This document shows positions 11,432-23,726 of a stretch of DNA of 64,000 nt, in pieces. This DNA is from Octopus bimaculoides (taxonomy: Eukaryota). The stretch lies in NCBI RefSeq assembly GCF_001194135.2, contig NC_068985.1, positions 80,731,816-80,795,815 of the forward strand, written 5' to 3'. Each line of letters opens with the position of its first letter. The first letter of the stretch is position 1. Made by a program: the position numbers and the translations under genes. The notes under the pieces were generated by a model. It was not told where the DNA came from, searched no databases, and saw only the letters and a list, made by a program, of their open reading frames with translations.

Positions 11432-13883
11432 NNNNNNNNNNNNNNNNNNNNNNNNNNNNNNNNNNNNNNNNNNNNNNNNNNNNNNNNNNNNNNNNNNNNN
11501 NNNNNNNNNNNNNNNNNNNNNNNNNNNNNNNNNNNNNNNNNNNNNNNNNNNNNNNNNNNNNNNNNNNNNNNNNNNNNNNNNNNNNNNNNNNNNNNNNNNN
11601 NNNNNNNNNNNNNNNNNNNNNNNNNNNNNNNNNNNNNNNNNNNNNNNNNNNNNNNNNNNNNNNNNNNNNNNNNNNNNNNNCTCTCCCCCCACTCTCTCCA
11701 TTCTCCCCATTCTCTCTCTCTCTCTCTCTCTCTCCCCCCACTCTCTCTCCCTCTCGCTCTCCCTTCCACCTCTCTCCCATCTCCTTCTGTCTTTCTTTAA
11801 CCTCACCATCAGAACATCACCCCTCTGCTAAAATTATATTTTTAACTCTCCTCCTCTATATCATCACTACCTTCAACTAACTTTTTTAAACATGTAATAA
11901 ATATTATGTTCCCCCTACCTCACATCATAAATGCTTCTCTCTTCCTCTTTCTCTCTGTCTTTTTCTTTCTCCCTCTTTTACTTTCTCCCTCTTTCTGTCT
12001 CACTCTTTGCCATATCCTTTTTTTCTCTCTCCTTTTTCTTTCTCTTCTCTTTCCCTTCAACTAATCATGTGAAAGTGTTATAATTACATTCCATCTACCT
12101 AACATCATGTACGCTTCCCTCTCCCTCTTTTCTTTCTCCCTTTTTTTCTCTAATCATGTGAAAGCATTACCAACAAGCTATATAATGGAATGACAAGCAG
12201 AATTATTATAAGATTAATAATATACTGTAATAGATTTAACTGATTACAAAAAAACAGTAAAAGTGACAACTAGGCAAAAGAAAACCATGTACCTAGACAA
12301 AATAAATCAATATTTTATATGTTTATTGACATTTCTGATTGTCCATTCAATAACACAACAGAATAATACATAGTTTATCAGTGCCAAGCAGTTTCTTTTT
12401 GCTTGGTGGTTGTTTTTAAATTGAACCCCTTATTTTTCAAGGAGAAATAACTTTCTCCTAAATATTCTCTTTGTTTTAAAAGTAAAAATACGATAATCTT
12501 TGGAACATTAACTTTGCTTCTTGCAATGACAGCAATTATGTAATATTTTTAATTGTTCTGGTTTCATACTCAATAGAATACCCTCAAAATACCTTAATCA
12601 TCGTTAAGGTATTTTGAGGGTGTTCTTATTGAAAAAATTCAGGTCATTATGCAACTAATTGTTAATTCTTTGGTAACATATTGAAGAAACAGCTACAACA
12701 CACACACACATGCATGCACACACGCATGCATGCACGTGCGCATGCAAATGACCTTTTATCATATGACATTCCAAGGCTTGGGTAGAACATGTAACTTCAA
12801 TTATTCAGAGCTAGTTTTATCAAATCTTTGCATTTACCTTGTGAATCCTAGCCTGTGCCTTTTAAAATGGAATTTTTGTTAAGGTTTCATTATTTCTAGT
12901 GTAAATACAGCTTCTTATATCATAAAAGAAGACAGTATTCTTATTTTTCCATATTTGCTGGTATAAATATTTTCAGTAATAGCTATGAGTTTCTTCGTAT
13001 TCATTGAAAATATTCTCTTTCCTAGACTAATTGACTCTTATGCATGGCAATAAATGGCATTGCAGAATGGTTGTTCTACATTATAACAGTATATTTCAAC
13101 TTGAATCAGCTCACATTGTTCTGAATGCAAGATTAATGTTTTTTGTTGAATATTTCTTGGCAAATAAATATACCAAATTATTCTATCTGTAATGTTTGCC
13201 TCCTTTAAGTTTTGCAAAAAGAGTGTCCATTGCTATCAACTTTTCTATAGAATTCAATAGGAATTCCCAAGATTTATGCATGAACATATGAGAAATAATT
13301 ATTTTGTTTGAGTTCCAATTGATACTTGATTGAAATCCAACTTTCTCAGCTGTATTTGTTTTAATTTAAACAGAAAATGTGATAAAAGATAACTTGAGCC
13401 AGAACATACACACATATACTTGACATGCTTATATAAACTCCTATACACACATAGTTTTCTCTACCACACATACTCATATTAAATATGCACACACACACAC
13501 ACACACATGTATCTACTTATTGGCTCACACAGACTCCCTTTTACTCATCTGCATGTCATACTTCATACATAAACATGTATGTATATGTCTAAACACATAC
13601 ATATACATACTTAAATTTGTTAAAAAGTTAATATTCATAAAAATCTTTGTATTTACATTCTATTGTATTTTATCACTTGCATTTCTTAAGGGATTCTATT
13701 GGCAATAATCATTGTCTGATAGTCCACTCTCTCCCCCAACCCATTTTTGGTGTTATATTATTATTAGATGTAGAGCAGATGTTTTTCAGAGTTCTTCACT
13801 TATCTACTGCAGCTATATCAAATATACTGCTGTTTTGTACATTTAATAGCCTATATATATATATGAGAATATGTGTGAGTGAA

Positions 13884-13955
<72 letters not shown>

Positions 13956-14289
13956 AACATATATGTATATACACTGTGTGCTTAGAAAACATTATGAAAC
14001 TTATTCATCAAGAAATATCCACAACAGATGAATAGGTTTGCTTAGAGATATTTTGAATGTCTTTATGTGTAACACAACCAATTTTTCTTTTTCAGTTGAT
14101 TTTGGTTTTTTTGTAAAGTGGAAAAATATCATTGTGATATATTAAAAGTTGTATGATTTAATTACTTTTGCTTTTCATAAATGTATTGTTGTTCCTATTT
14201 ACAAGTACTGAATTAGCTTCATCAAAATTTTCTTTTGCAAATATTTTGTAATAATGGCTAATAATAATATTAATATTAATAATAATAAT

Positions 14290-14510
14290 CCTTTCTACTG
14301 TAGGCACAAAGCTTGAAATTTTGGGGGAGTGGGCTAGTCAATTACATTGACCCTAGTGTATAACTGGTACTTATTTCATTGACCCCCTCCATCCCAAAAG
14401 GGTGAAAGCCAAAGTTGACCTCAGTGAAATTTGAACTTAGAACATAAGGATGGATGAAATGCCACAAAACATTTTACCCAATTTGCTAAAGATTCTGCTA
14501 GCTCACTGCC
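14290..14510 (-). mobile_element. SINE family B
   Basis: ACTGGTACTTATTTCATTGACCCC...AAAGTTGACCTCAGTGAAATTTGAACTTAGAAC core after a (TAA)n tail. Confidence 0.8.
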
Positions 14511-14559
14511 TTTACCAGTTTGCCACCTTAAAATAATGGTTATAATGCATATCTCTCAA

Positions 14560-15230
14560 AAAATAATATGAATGGGCTACATTTACCTAGATAGGAAGGA
14601 GACAGAGATTTTGTTAAATGTTGTAGACACAATTAGTGCTGTGATATTGAGTCTGAAAAACTATGTTGTGTACAGTGAAGAAAGAATATTATCTGTAGCC
14701 AGAAATATTTTTGAAGTTGCTAAAACAGTGAGAGAATTCAAGAACAGAAAGAAGAATGAAAAGACAAATAGCTGGAAATTGAAGGAAATGCTTGACCAAT
14801 TTATGCAACAAACTGAGGATTTTGAAAGTAAAGAATACTGGTTGTGACTGACAAGTGGAAATCTGAAATAAGAAACTGAATTGCTGATTATAGTTGCTCA
14901 GGAATGAATTTGATAGGAATTGATAGAACTTGGGCAGAGAGACACATAGAATGAGTAGAAAAAGAGCTGAAAATATTAAGCATCTCCTGAGTGAGTGCAG
15001 GAGCCTAGCACAAAAAGAGCATAAACACAGCATCACTGTATTAGTAAAAGAGTGCATGGAAATGTTAGCCAAGTTTGTAGATTCAAAGTGATATGACCAG
15101 TTATTACTAGAACCTTGTGACAAAAAAAAGTCTTAAAAAAACCTAAAAAAACTTGGAGTAGACACTGTACAGAAAGCATGTCTCTTGGTTCAGCATGAAT
15201 TTTCTAGAAAGTTTCCAATAAGATGTAAAA
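14560..15230 (+). mobile_element. R4/Dong-type (RLE) non-LTR retrotransposon ORF remnant
   Basis: ORF 14572-14847 YLDRKE...WKLKEMLDQFMQQT...YWL*LTSGNLK*ETELLIIVAQE, then a decayed zinc-knuckle region and C-terminal VQKACLL; matches the post-RT region of R4/Dong proteins. Confidence 0.7.
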
Positions 15231-15689
15231 GCATAAGAGCAGAAAAACTTTTCTACACCAGGCAAATAATGTTTCTCACATAAGACCATGAAATATTCTT
15301 CAACAAGAAGCATAAAAATCACACAAAAAGAACAATAATGATGATTTCTTTTATTTACTAGAAGAGAACAAGTCTTTGAAGACAAAACAAAAATGAAAGC
15401 ATTGCAGTAGGAGCTTGCATTAGGTAAAAAGGTGAAATCAACAAAAAATATGGGTAATGATAAAGTGTTGAAACTGCTTTTTGACAAGTTTTAAACTTAG
15501 TTCTCTTGCTACTGTGGTTGTTATGACTACCTCCTACCACTTCTCCATCATAAAATGTCAAATTTGTGGACATTTCTAATAAAATGTCTGTCCACTGATT
15601 GCAGTCAATGTGGAAAAGTAGTTGTAATTTCCTTAATTAAGGGAACCTTGAAAGATTTTGTACCCACTTTTTCTGGTGAATGTCTCAAA

Positions 15690-15870
15690 ATTGGTTTCAA
15701 AATTTGGCATAAGGCCAGCAGTTTTGGAGAAGGGGTGAAGTCGATTTCATTGGCCCCAGTGTTCAGCTGGTACTTACTTTATTGAATCTCAAAAGATGAG
15801 AAAGCAAAATCGACTCTAGCGGAATTTGAAACTCACAACATGAAGACAGACAAAATGCTGCTTAGCATTT
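15690..15870 (-). mobile_element. SINE family B
   Basis: GCTGGTACTTAC...GAAAGCAAAATCGACTCTAGCGGAATTTGAAACTCAC core. Confidence 0.75.
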
Positions 15871-16244
15871 ATGCACTTCATTGTATCAGGATGTCCCTTA
15901 CTAGCTCCAATAAAATATCCATTTTTTTTTCGCCTGCTGAATTTGGAGGAGGGGATATGATTTTTGAGCTTTGTAGGCTATCCAAGACTAGTGAGTGAGA
16001 TGCTGTTAATTTTCTGTTTAAACTACATGTAAGTCAGCACTTGTGGTTACAAAGTGAACTTCTTTACCACACAGTCGTGCTTGTGTTTATTGATAATAAT
16101 AATGCCCTGATACACTACCAGGTAGTGGCTCTGATGGCTTTTGATCTTAACCGATTAGAAGTGTTATCATGTACATATTTTGGCTTGGTATAAAAGATGC
16201 ACTCCAACAAATATTCTGCTCAATACCACAGATTTGCTTACAAA

Positions 16245-16597
16245 GATAATCCTTTCAGAAATTTTGTAGGAGGGGACTATTTTATTACATTGAACCCAGT
16301 GCTCAACTGGTATTTATTCTATCAATTTCAAAAGGATGAAAGGCAAACTTGACCTCAGCTGAATTTGAACTTAGAATGTAAAGATAGAGAAAATGCCACT
16401 AGGCATTTTACCCTGTCTGCTAATGAGTCTACCAGCTTACCATCGTAATGATATTAATAACTTCTTTTCTACTATAGGTACATGGTGGAATTTGACCACC
16501 AAGTTGACTTTGGTGGAATTTGAAGTCAGAATGTAAAGACAGACAAAATGCTGCTAAGCATTTTGTTCAGTATGCTAATGGTTCTGCAAGCTCGCCA

Positions 16598-16601
<4 letters not shown>
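16245..16601 (-). mobile_element. Dimeric SINE family B unit
   Basis: Truncated monomer plus full monomer; same junction as 50575-50925 in opposite orientation. Confidence 0.8.
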
Positions 16602-16640
<39 letters not shown>

Positions 16641-16642
<2 letters not shown>

Positions 16643-17068
16643 GAGCACTCAGAGAATGCAGGCCTCCACCAATGCAACACCAACGTCCTCTCAACGATTA
16701 ACTGGAGATGATTTTTAAAATGAGAATATCTGAAATAAAATTGACTGCTCTCATAAATGAGAATACTAAAAATGAACCCGATCGTTCTCAAAAGGAAAAA
16801 TAATCCAAATATATATATATACTGAGTGAGAGGTGAAGGGAGAGGAGATGAAATACTAATACAGGGAAGGAGAGGTAGTGAGAGTAATAGCCATGACTGA
16901 GAGGGAGTGAGAGAAAGTAATGACAATGAGGAAGACGAAACGAAGTGGCAAAGAGAGCATTGTATGAATGAGAAAGGAAGGGGTGATAGATGAATAATGA
17001 AGGAGGGAGTGAAAAAGTTGATAAAAGGCGTTTGAAGTGTGAGTATATGTGTGTGTAAAAGAGAGGTA

Positions 17069-17119
<51 letters not shown>

Positions 17120-17360
17120 TAATCTTCAGTGCTGAAAATGTGTGATTTTATGTGTGTATGTGTGTGCATGTACAAGAGAACTTTGTGAAACTTTATATAT
17201 ACAAGTAAAGAAAATATTAAGAATAATCCAGAATCTTTGTCCGGTACCAGATAGATCCCAAAATCTAATAAGACTGTGCCACTCACAAGGCCAAACATCT
17301 CTGAAAGTTTCATCCAAATCCATCCAGTAGTTTTTGAGATATCTTGTCCATGGACAAACA
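16641..17360 (+). mobile_element. Non-autonomous repeat, possibly Helentron-associated (HINE/DINE-like), split by a GA/TG-rich stretch
   Basis: AAGAGCACTCAGAGA...AATAATCCA then resumes AATAATCCAGAATC...AAGTTTCATCCAAATCCATCCAGTAGTTTTTGAGATATC...(ACAA)n. Class assignment is from motif memory only. Confidence 0.4.
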
Positions 17361-17725
17361 AACAATGACTGAAAAGATAACCAAACATGAAAATCTAGAA
17401 ATAGAGGTAACCAGAACATGGGGAATGAAACAGAACCATTCACCCTTATTAGTAGGTGTTAGGGAAATGATTAAAACAAATACAAACAAATAAGACAATA
17501 TTTTTTTGAATGCAGAATTGCCATTAGAACAGCAGAATTGCAATTAGAAAAACGGAAATACTGGGTAAATTACTCTTACAAAGCAAAAAAATTTGTCAAC
17601 GACCAGCCATGGGACATGAACTCATATCCCTCAAAAACACAAGGTTTACAAGTATACACAATATACTGAAATAGCATTACCAGGCACTGCACACATATTG
17701 CATAGAGTGCTTTTGATCCAACACA
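17355..17725 (+). mobile_element. R4/Dong-type RLE C-terminal remnant, interrupted
   Basis: TEKITKHENLEIEVTRTWGMK... and, after an interruption, an xALxGTAHILHRVL-like end; homologous to ORF 20411-20758. Confidence 0.6.
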
Positions 17726-17847
17726 AAATACAGAATTAAAATAAAGCATGTGTTTATGAACTTGTTCAGAGCATCTATGTTAATAGGTACAAATGAAAAT
17801 CAAATCTCTGATATATGAGCTGTAGCTTTCTTATTTGTTCTCCATAA

Positions 17848-18218
17848 GTGGAGGCGCAATGGCCCAGTGGTTAGGGCAGCGGACTCGCGGTCATAGGATC
17901 ACAGTTTCGATTCCCAGACTGGGCGTTGTGAGTGTTTATTGAGCGAAAACACCTAAAGCACCACGACGCTCCGGCAGGGGATGGTGGCGAACCCTGATGT
18001 ACTCTTTCACCACAACTTTCTCTTACTTCCTGTTTCTGTTGTACCTGTAATTCAAAGGGTCAACCTTGTCACACTGAATATCCCCGAGAACTACGTTAAG
18101 GGTTCACATGTCTGTGGAGTGCTCAGCCACTTGCACGTTAATTTCACGAGCAGGCTGTTCCGTTGATCGGATCAACTGGAACCCTCAACGTCATAAGCGA
18201 CGGAGTGCCAACAACAAC
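17848..18218 (+). mobile_element. Young full-length tRNA-derived SINE (family E)
   Basis: A-box TGGCCCAGTGG, B-box-like GTTTCGATTCCC, (ACA)n tail, exact 12-bp TSD TGTTCTCCATAA at 17836-17847 and 18219-18230; CpGs largely retained. Confidence 0.92.
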
Positions 18219-18559
18219 TGTTCTCCATAAATATTCTCCTTTTCTCAAAATTTTAACAAAACATACATGTTGGGTTGTTGATCTCTATAGCAGTATGTGA
18301 CTTTTGTTCCCTGTCCCATACCACAGTATGGGAGTTACTGGAGTTAGGAAGCAATCTTCTAACCACACAATCTTACCTTCACCTGTGAGTCTTAATATTA
18401 TGCTTCTTAAATCCAAAATTTGATGAAATAAGGATGAAACATGTATTGAGGTGAATTCCATTTACTACAACCTCTCTCTTGCAAATCTGAGACCTTGCAC
18501 CTCTATATGAAAATCAGTTGTGAGTGAAGCTAACTATAATGATAGAATGCTTGCTTAGT

Positions 18560-18800
18560 ATGAAAAGGGAGCCAGGATGAAGGCCCCATTTCTCAGCTAA
18601 TAGGGAAACTTCTTTAAATCACTCAGCTTGCTAGAAATAGTGAGTACATCTCCTTCAAAGTATACTTCACTGTCTTAAAAAATAAAGACATTAGTTAATA
18701 TAATTTACAGCCCCTAACAAAAAGAGAAGATATCAATTGCTGAAATGCCTTTGATCGTAGGTCTACTCTGTCAACACTGATGTGGGCTAAGCAGCAACAA
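18560..18800 (+). mobile_element. Interspersed repeat family D
   Basis: Similar to minus copies at 2487 and 56850; ends in (CAA)n. Confidence 0.55.
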
Positions 18801-18813
18801 CATGAGAAATATG

Positions 18814-19033
18814 TTAACCCTTTAGCATTCAAATTACTCTGTCCAATGTAATACCTATTCATCCACATTGTTTTGAATTAATTAGACATTATCTTGAAGC
18901 TTTGAGAATCTGAATGTTTATTCTTAGAGTGACATTGTAGGGTAGGCATGAGAGGCCAAATTTAGTCAGGTTGAACATAAAAACAGGTAGTATATTGGGC
19001 TGGATATTGCTTGTTTAAATGCCAAATGGTTAA
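18814..19033. mobile_element. piggyBac-type MITE
   Basis: TTAA|CCCTTTAGCATTCAAA ... TTTAAATGCCAAATGG|TTAA: imperfect TIRs with TTAA duplication (coordinates include the TTAA sites). Confidence 0.8.
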
Positions 19034-20410
19034 ACTACACTCCCAATGATTATAACAATGAGCTGTAAATATCCTAACAAAGTGGACTGGCTCATATGTA
19101 ACTAAATGTCTTGGTTATAGATACAGCACCAGGCTGTATCTAACATTATATCAATTGGTGACTGTTCAACTTGTATTAAACATCTACTTTTCTAGGCCAT
19201 TTGCAGCTCCCAGTTTTTTCCACTGCAATTCCTATGTAGGAGATATAGAGAACACCAATATTTAACTCATTGGCTCTTTAATAGTTTTGTTCTTTAATCA
19301 TTTAGTCATTGATTAACTCTTTAGCAACGTCTAATGTGTCTTCAAGCCACCTTTCTCATAACAAAATTATACCAAACACTGTGTACTAGTTAACTGTACT
19401 TCACTGGCTTTCGTAATAATTGCTTCTTGTCTTACTTCCTCTTCTGTATTAAACAAATTTCTCAAGTTTAGCGTCAACAGGTCTCTGCGTCTTTTTGATT
19501 TGAAAATTTTGACTTTACAGATTTAAGGTCATTTCATCCTATTGTATGCAGAAGCCATTATGCCTGTTTTCACTGCATAGGAAAATGAAGTGATAACTGA
19601 AATAGAATAATTACTCCTATTGAAGAAATTGAATTAATGTACTGAATTGTTGACTATCTTATTCAGGCATTAAAATAATTGATTCAATATGTTTTTTAAA
19701 ACCTTATTCCATAAAAAAAAGGCAAACATTATAAATTTCGATAACATATTTGAAAAAATATAAAAAAAACAACAAGAAATATATAAATGAAACTGAAAAA
19801 TCGAAAGCAAAAAGTTTGGTAGGGAAAGGCAGGCAAAAAAAAAAAAAAAAAAAAGGAAGAGGAAAAGACGGTAAGAAATATCTTTTTCTATTAAAGATAA
19901 GAGTAAAATTGATTTCTGAATAATTTAGCATTCTGCCCCATCCACCTACACTTTTCCACATTTTCCTCCTTTTTTTTTTATATATTTTTTCATATTCCAT
20001 CTACAATAAACATTGTAGAATGATGATAAAAATAGTATCCTATCTGGTGAATTTCCTTTTATTTTTAACATTGCACTTTCTATTCTACTTGTAAGATTCT
20101 GCAAATACTAGCAGTTTAAATATTAGCATTTATCTAATAGTGTTTCTAATAGTTTATATACTTGCAATTGTAGTTCCATTTGGAAGCAACCAAACATAAT
20201 TATTTTGAAGTATTTCTTGGCATTAATCACTTATTGGTTACAAGTAACAGTGAAGAATGTATTACTTCTTTTGATCCATTCCTGTTATTCATTCCTGCTC
20301 TTGTAAACAAGTTTGTCTTCTTGAGGATTTTGTTATAAGTATATTAATTCGAATGATCATTATAATAACAATCATTTCTGATATAAGCACGAGGCCAAAA
20401 ATTTGGGACA

Positions 20411-20942
20411 TTGGGTTTAGTTGACAGAAAGATAGATGCAAATAGGCCAGACATCATATTGAAAGACTTCAGACAAAAATCATGCCTCCTCATTGATATG
20501 ACTGCCCCAATCGATATAAATGTATCTGTCAAGACCTACCAAAAACTGAGCAAGTATAAAGATCTTGAAATAGAAATTAGCAAAATGTGGAACCTGAAGA
20601 CTAAAACAATACCTGTTGTCATAGGTGCCCTGGGAATGATAGCAAAAGGGGCTGATTGCTACCTAGCTCAGATACCAGGAAACTGCAAAATGGCAGAAAT
20701 TCAAAAGATAGTACCCATGGGAAATACCCATATCCTATGTAAAATATTGTCTATGTAATCTCAAATTTTAAAACAAACACATAATTTTCTTATGGTTTCG
20801 TAAATATTCTCTAGAACAACATGTACAAAGCCAAATATATGGCACCGTAGGCATAACACCAACATGAACTTCTAACTTGTCTTTTGAGGACTATGGGTGA
20901 GACTTGGAGCCAACTTGTACAAATGTAAAGCAAAAGTCAAAC

Positions 20943-20945
<3 letters not shown>
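20411..20945 (+). mobile_element. R4/Dong-type non-LTR retrotransposon 3' end (PD-(D/E)xK endonuclease plus 3' UTR) ending at (TAA)n
   Basis: Uninterrupted DRKIDANRPDIILKDFRQKSCLLIDMTAP...KLSKYKDLEIEISKMWNLKTKTIPVVIGALG...HILCKILSM*, 3' UTR to 20945, then (TAA)n at 20946-20981. Confidence 0.9.
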
Positions 20946-20981
<36 letters not shown>

Positions 20982-21415
20982 GTGTAAAAGATGGGCTACA
21001 GCAAATATTCTGCTCAATACCACAGATTTGCTTGTCAGTTGTTTGATCTTAACCAGTTGAACATGTCCTTTGGTGGCTGATGATATGTGCATCTCTGATC
21101 ATGAGCAGAAGTAGTGAGGGAGCATCACAGCCATGTGTTAAGAGGAATTCTTTGGAGTTTGTATAATTCACCTCTGGGTGTTTCATATAACATCCTTAAA
21201 CAACCCTTATTCATGGACCTTTTGAGTAGGATGGGCTACTCAACCTGAAGAAAATTCTAAATGGGCTCAACCTGCAAAGCCATCCACTGTTTATCTTGAT
21301 ATGAGATCACCATGTTGCGCACATATGGTTGTGATGCANNNNNNNNNNGTATACTGGGCTTCGGATATTTTACCCCAGTGTCATTTTGATGGCATGCACT
21401 GCCCTCTCACTCAAA
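20982..21415 (+). mobile_element. Non-coding interspersed repeat flanked by (TAA)n
   Basis: TAAAAGATG...AAATATTCTGCTCAATACCACAGATTTGCTT shared with 16170-16240; (TAA)n on both sides. Confidence 0.6.
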
Positions 21416-21930
21416 GATAATAATAATAATAATAATAATAATAATAGTAATGAATTTAGGCATATGCCATCAATTTTGAAGGAAAGTGATTAGTTGATAC
21501 TGTTGATCCTTGTGCTTGAATAGTCCTCTATTTCATCTGTTTGGTTACCAGAAAACATGAATATAGTTGAAGAAGATTTTCTTATGTAACAGTGAAACAC
21601 TGTTAAGAAATGTAGTGTCTCTTAAGTATTAGGATGAAGAGACTCGAGAAACTTACTTAAAAGATAATTGCCTCTGTTATTAGAGTTTCTGTCCCTCTCT
21701 TCTGTCTTTTCATCTTTCTGTCTTGTGCTCCTTCTCTCTCTTTGTCTCTCTCTCTCTCACACACACATACATATAGGTGGCAATTTGGCAGAGTCGTTAT
21801 AGCATTTGATAGAATGCTTTGCAGAATTCATACCTACTCTCTGCACCATAAGTTCAAATCCCACCACTGTAACTTTACCTTCTGTTCTTTTAGATTCAAT
21901 AAACGAACTGTCAATTTAATATTAGTGTTG

Positions 21931-21963
<33 letters not shown>

Positions 21964-22734
21964 CTTCTTCTTCTTCTTCTTCTTCTTCTTCTTCTCTCTC
22001 TCCCTCCCTCCCTCCCTCTCCCCCCCTCTCTGGTAGAAATCAGTTGTGTTTGGACCCAGAGAGGGATAGACCCAACCAACTTTGAAATATGAAAGACATA
22101 CCTTGTGTGACAAAGAAAATCCTAGAATTCCATTAGAAATTGCAGACCTGAGGAAGGAAGGGATATATACACATGCACACATATATACACACACAGCCGT
22201 GATTCCTTTCTCTCACAAGATATACTCCCAAACACTCACACTCTCTTAGTTTTTGTTACTTTGAAATTTTACCCTCATATTCTCACTTTCTTTCTTCTGT
22301 TCTCTCTTTCACCTCTCTTTCTTTCTCTCTCTCTCGCCTCTCTTTCACCTCTCTTTCTTTCTCTCTCTCTCGCCTCTCTTTCTTTCTCTCTCTCTCTCGC
22401 CTCTCTTTCTTTCTCTCTCTCTCGCCTCTCTTTCTTTCTCTCTCTCTCGCCTCTCTTTCTTTCTCTCTCTCTCTCACACACATACATTCTCTCCTTTTTC
22501 TTTTGCTTTTTGTAACTCATTTCTTCTAAGTTAAAAGAATGCATATGTTTACATACACATTCCTTGTATTTTGCTTTCACACTCACTCACATACATATAT
22601 ACATGAACATTTGCATATACACACTTATATAGAGATGCATACGCTTTTTATTTTTCTGTTTCTCCCACTTAACCCCATAACTCCCAGTTCTCTTCACTCT
22701 TTTCCTCTCTCTCGCTTTCTCTCTCTCACTTTCT

Positions 22735-22776
<42 letters not shown>

Positions 22777-22838
22777 TGTGTATTTTGATGAGCTCTATAA
22801 AACTATATGTATTTTTATGACCTACTAATAGTTTCATA

Positions 22839-23726
22839 TAACTGGTCTGTTGCCATAGTAACGAGGCTAAAGCATGCAGAGTGAAGCCACTTGACACAGA
22901 TTGACCTTGAACACCACTGTACATGCACACTAAGGTTTAACATTCTAGTTCACTTCTGCTGTTTACAGCAGTGCTTGGAAGGAAGGTGTGTAGCGTGTGA
23001 TCGTCAGATTGATCATGGCAGAAAAAGTTGCCATGGTAATACCTGCTCAGAGGCCTATGCAAAGTTTCAGAAAGTGTATGGAGCCACTCACAAGTGTATG
23101 AGTGGTTCAGACGTTTCCAAGATGGCCAAAAAAAAATGTTGATATTGACAAATGTTCTGGGAGACCCACAACCAACAGAACTAAGAAAAACATCACAGAT
23201 GTGCATGCAGCTGTGAAGAAAAAAATCATTGAATCACAATTCGTGAGTTATCAGAGGATGTGCAGATTAGTTACAGTTCAGTTCAGTTCAGGCCATTATC
23301 ACTGAAGATTTGGGTATGAGATGCATGTCTGCCAAGTTTGTACCAAAACTGCTTTCAACTGACCAAAAAGAGACGTGGGTCTCAGCTGCACAATCAAAAA
23401 GATCAAGATCTCCTTGACTGTGTTGAAAATGATAAAAACTTTTTGAAAACTTTGCGTAGGCCTTTGAGCAGGTATCGCCAAACGTTTGGCAAAATTTGAT
23501 GCAGATTCTCTGCTCAGTTTCCTCTCACATTGTCAATGTAATGATCACATGCTACACACCTCCCTTCCAAGCACTGCTGTAGACAGCAGGAGTTAGCTAG
23601 AACATTAAAACTTAGCGCACATGCATAGCAGAGTTCAAGGTCAATCTGTACCAAGTGACTTCACTCTGTGTGCTTTAGCTTTGTTACTATGGCAACAATC
23701 CGGAAACTTATTGATCAGACTACGTA
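22839..23726 (+). mobile_element. Mariner-derived fold-back element (two 5' ends)
   Basis: Transposase HTH remnant VYEWFRRFQDG...SGRPTT...DLGMR.MSAKFVPKLLS; right terminus reads TACGTAGTCTGATCAATAAGTTTCCGGAT in reverse complement; 22848-23075 is similar in reverse complement to 23438-23697. Confidence 0.85.

Noticed and set aside
16567-17388. 273-aa minus ORF, the longest gap-free ORF in the track
   Set aside because: Built from (TAA)n, (CA)n, a CT-rich stretch and antisense repeat sequence; not coding.
17850-17925. tRNA-like sequence
   Set aside because: It is the head of a SINE: it continues into a SINE body with tail and TSD, and lacks a complete acceptor stem.
19330-19540. Protein-like minus reading CKVKIFKSKRRRDLLTLNLRNLFNTEEE with a GTAAGA donor
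   Set aside because: Every plausible upstream acceptor puts a stop in frame.
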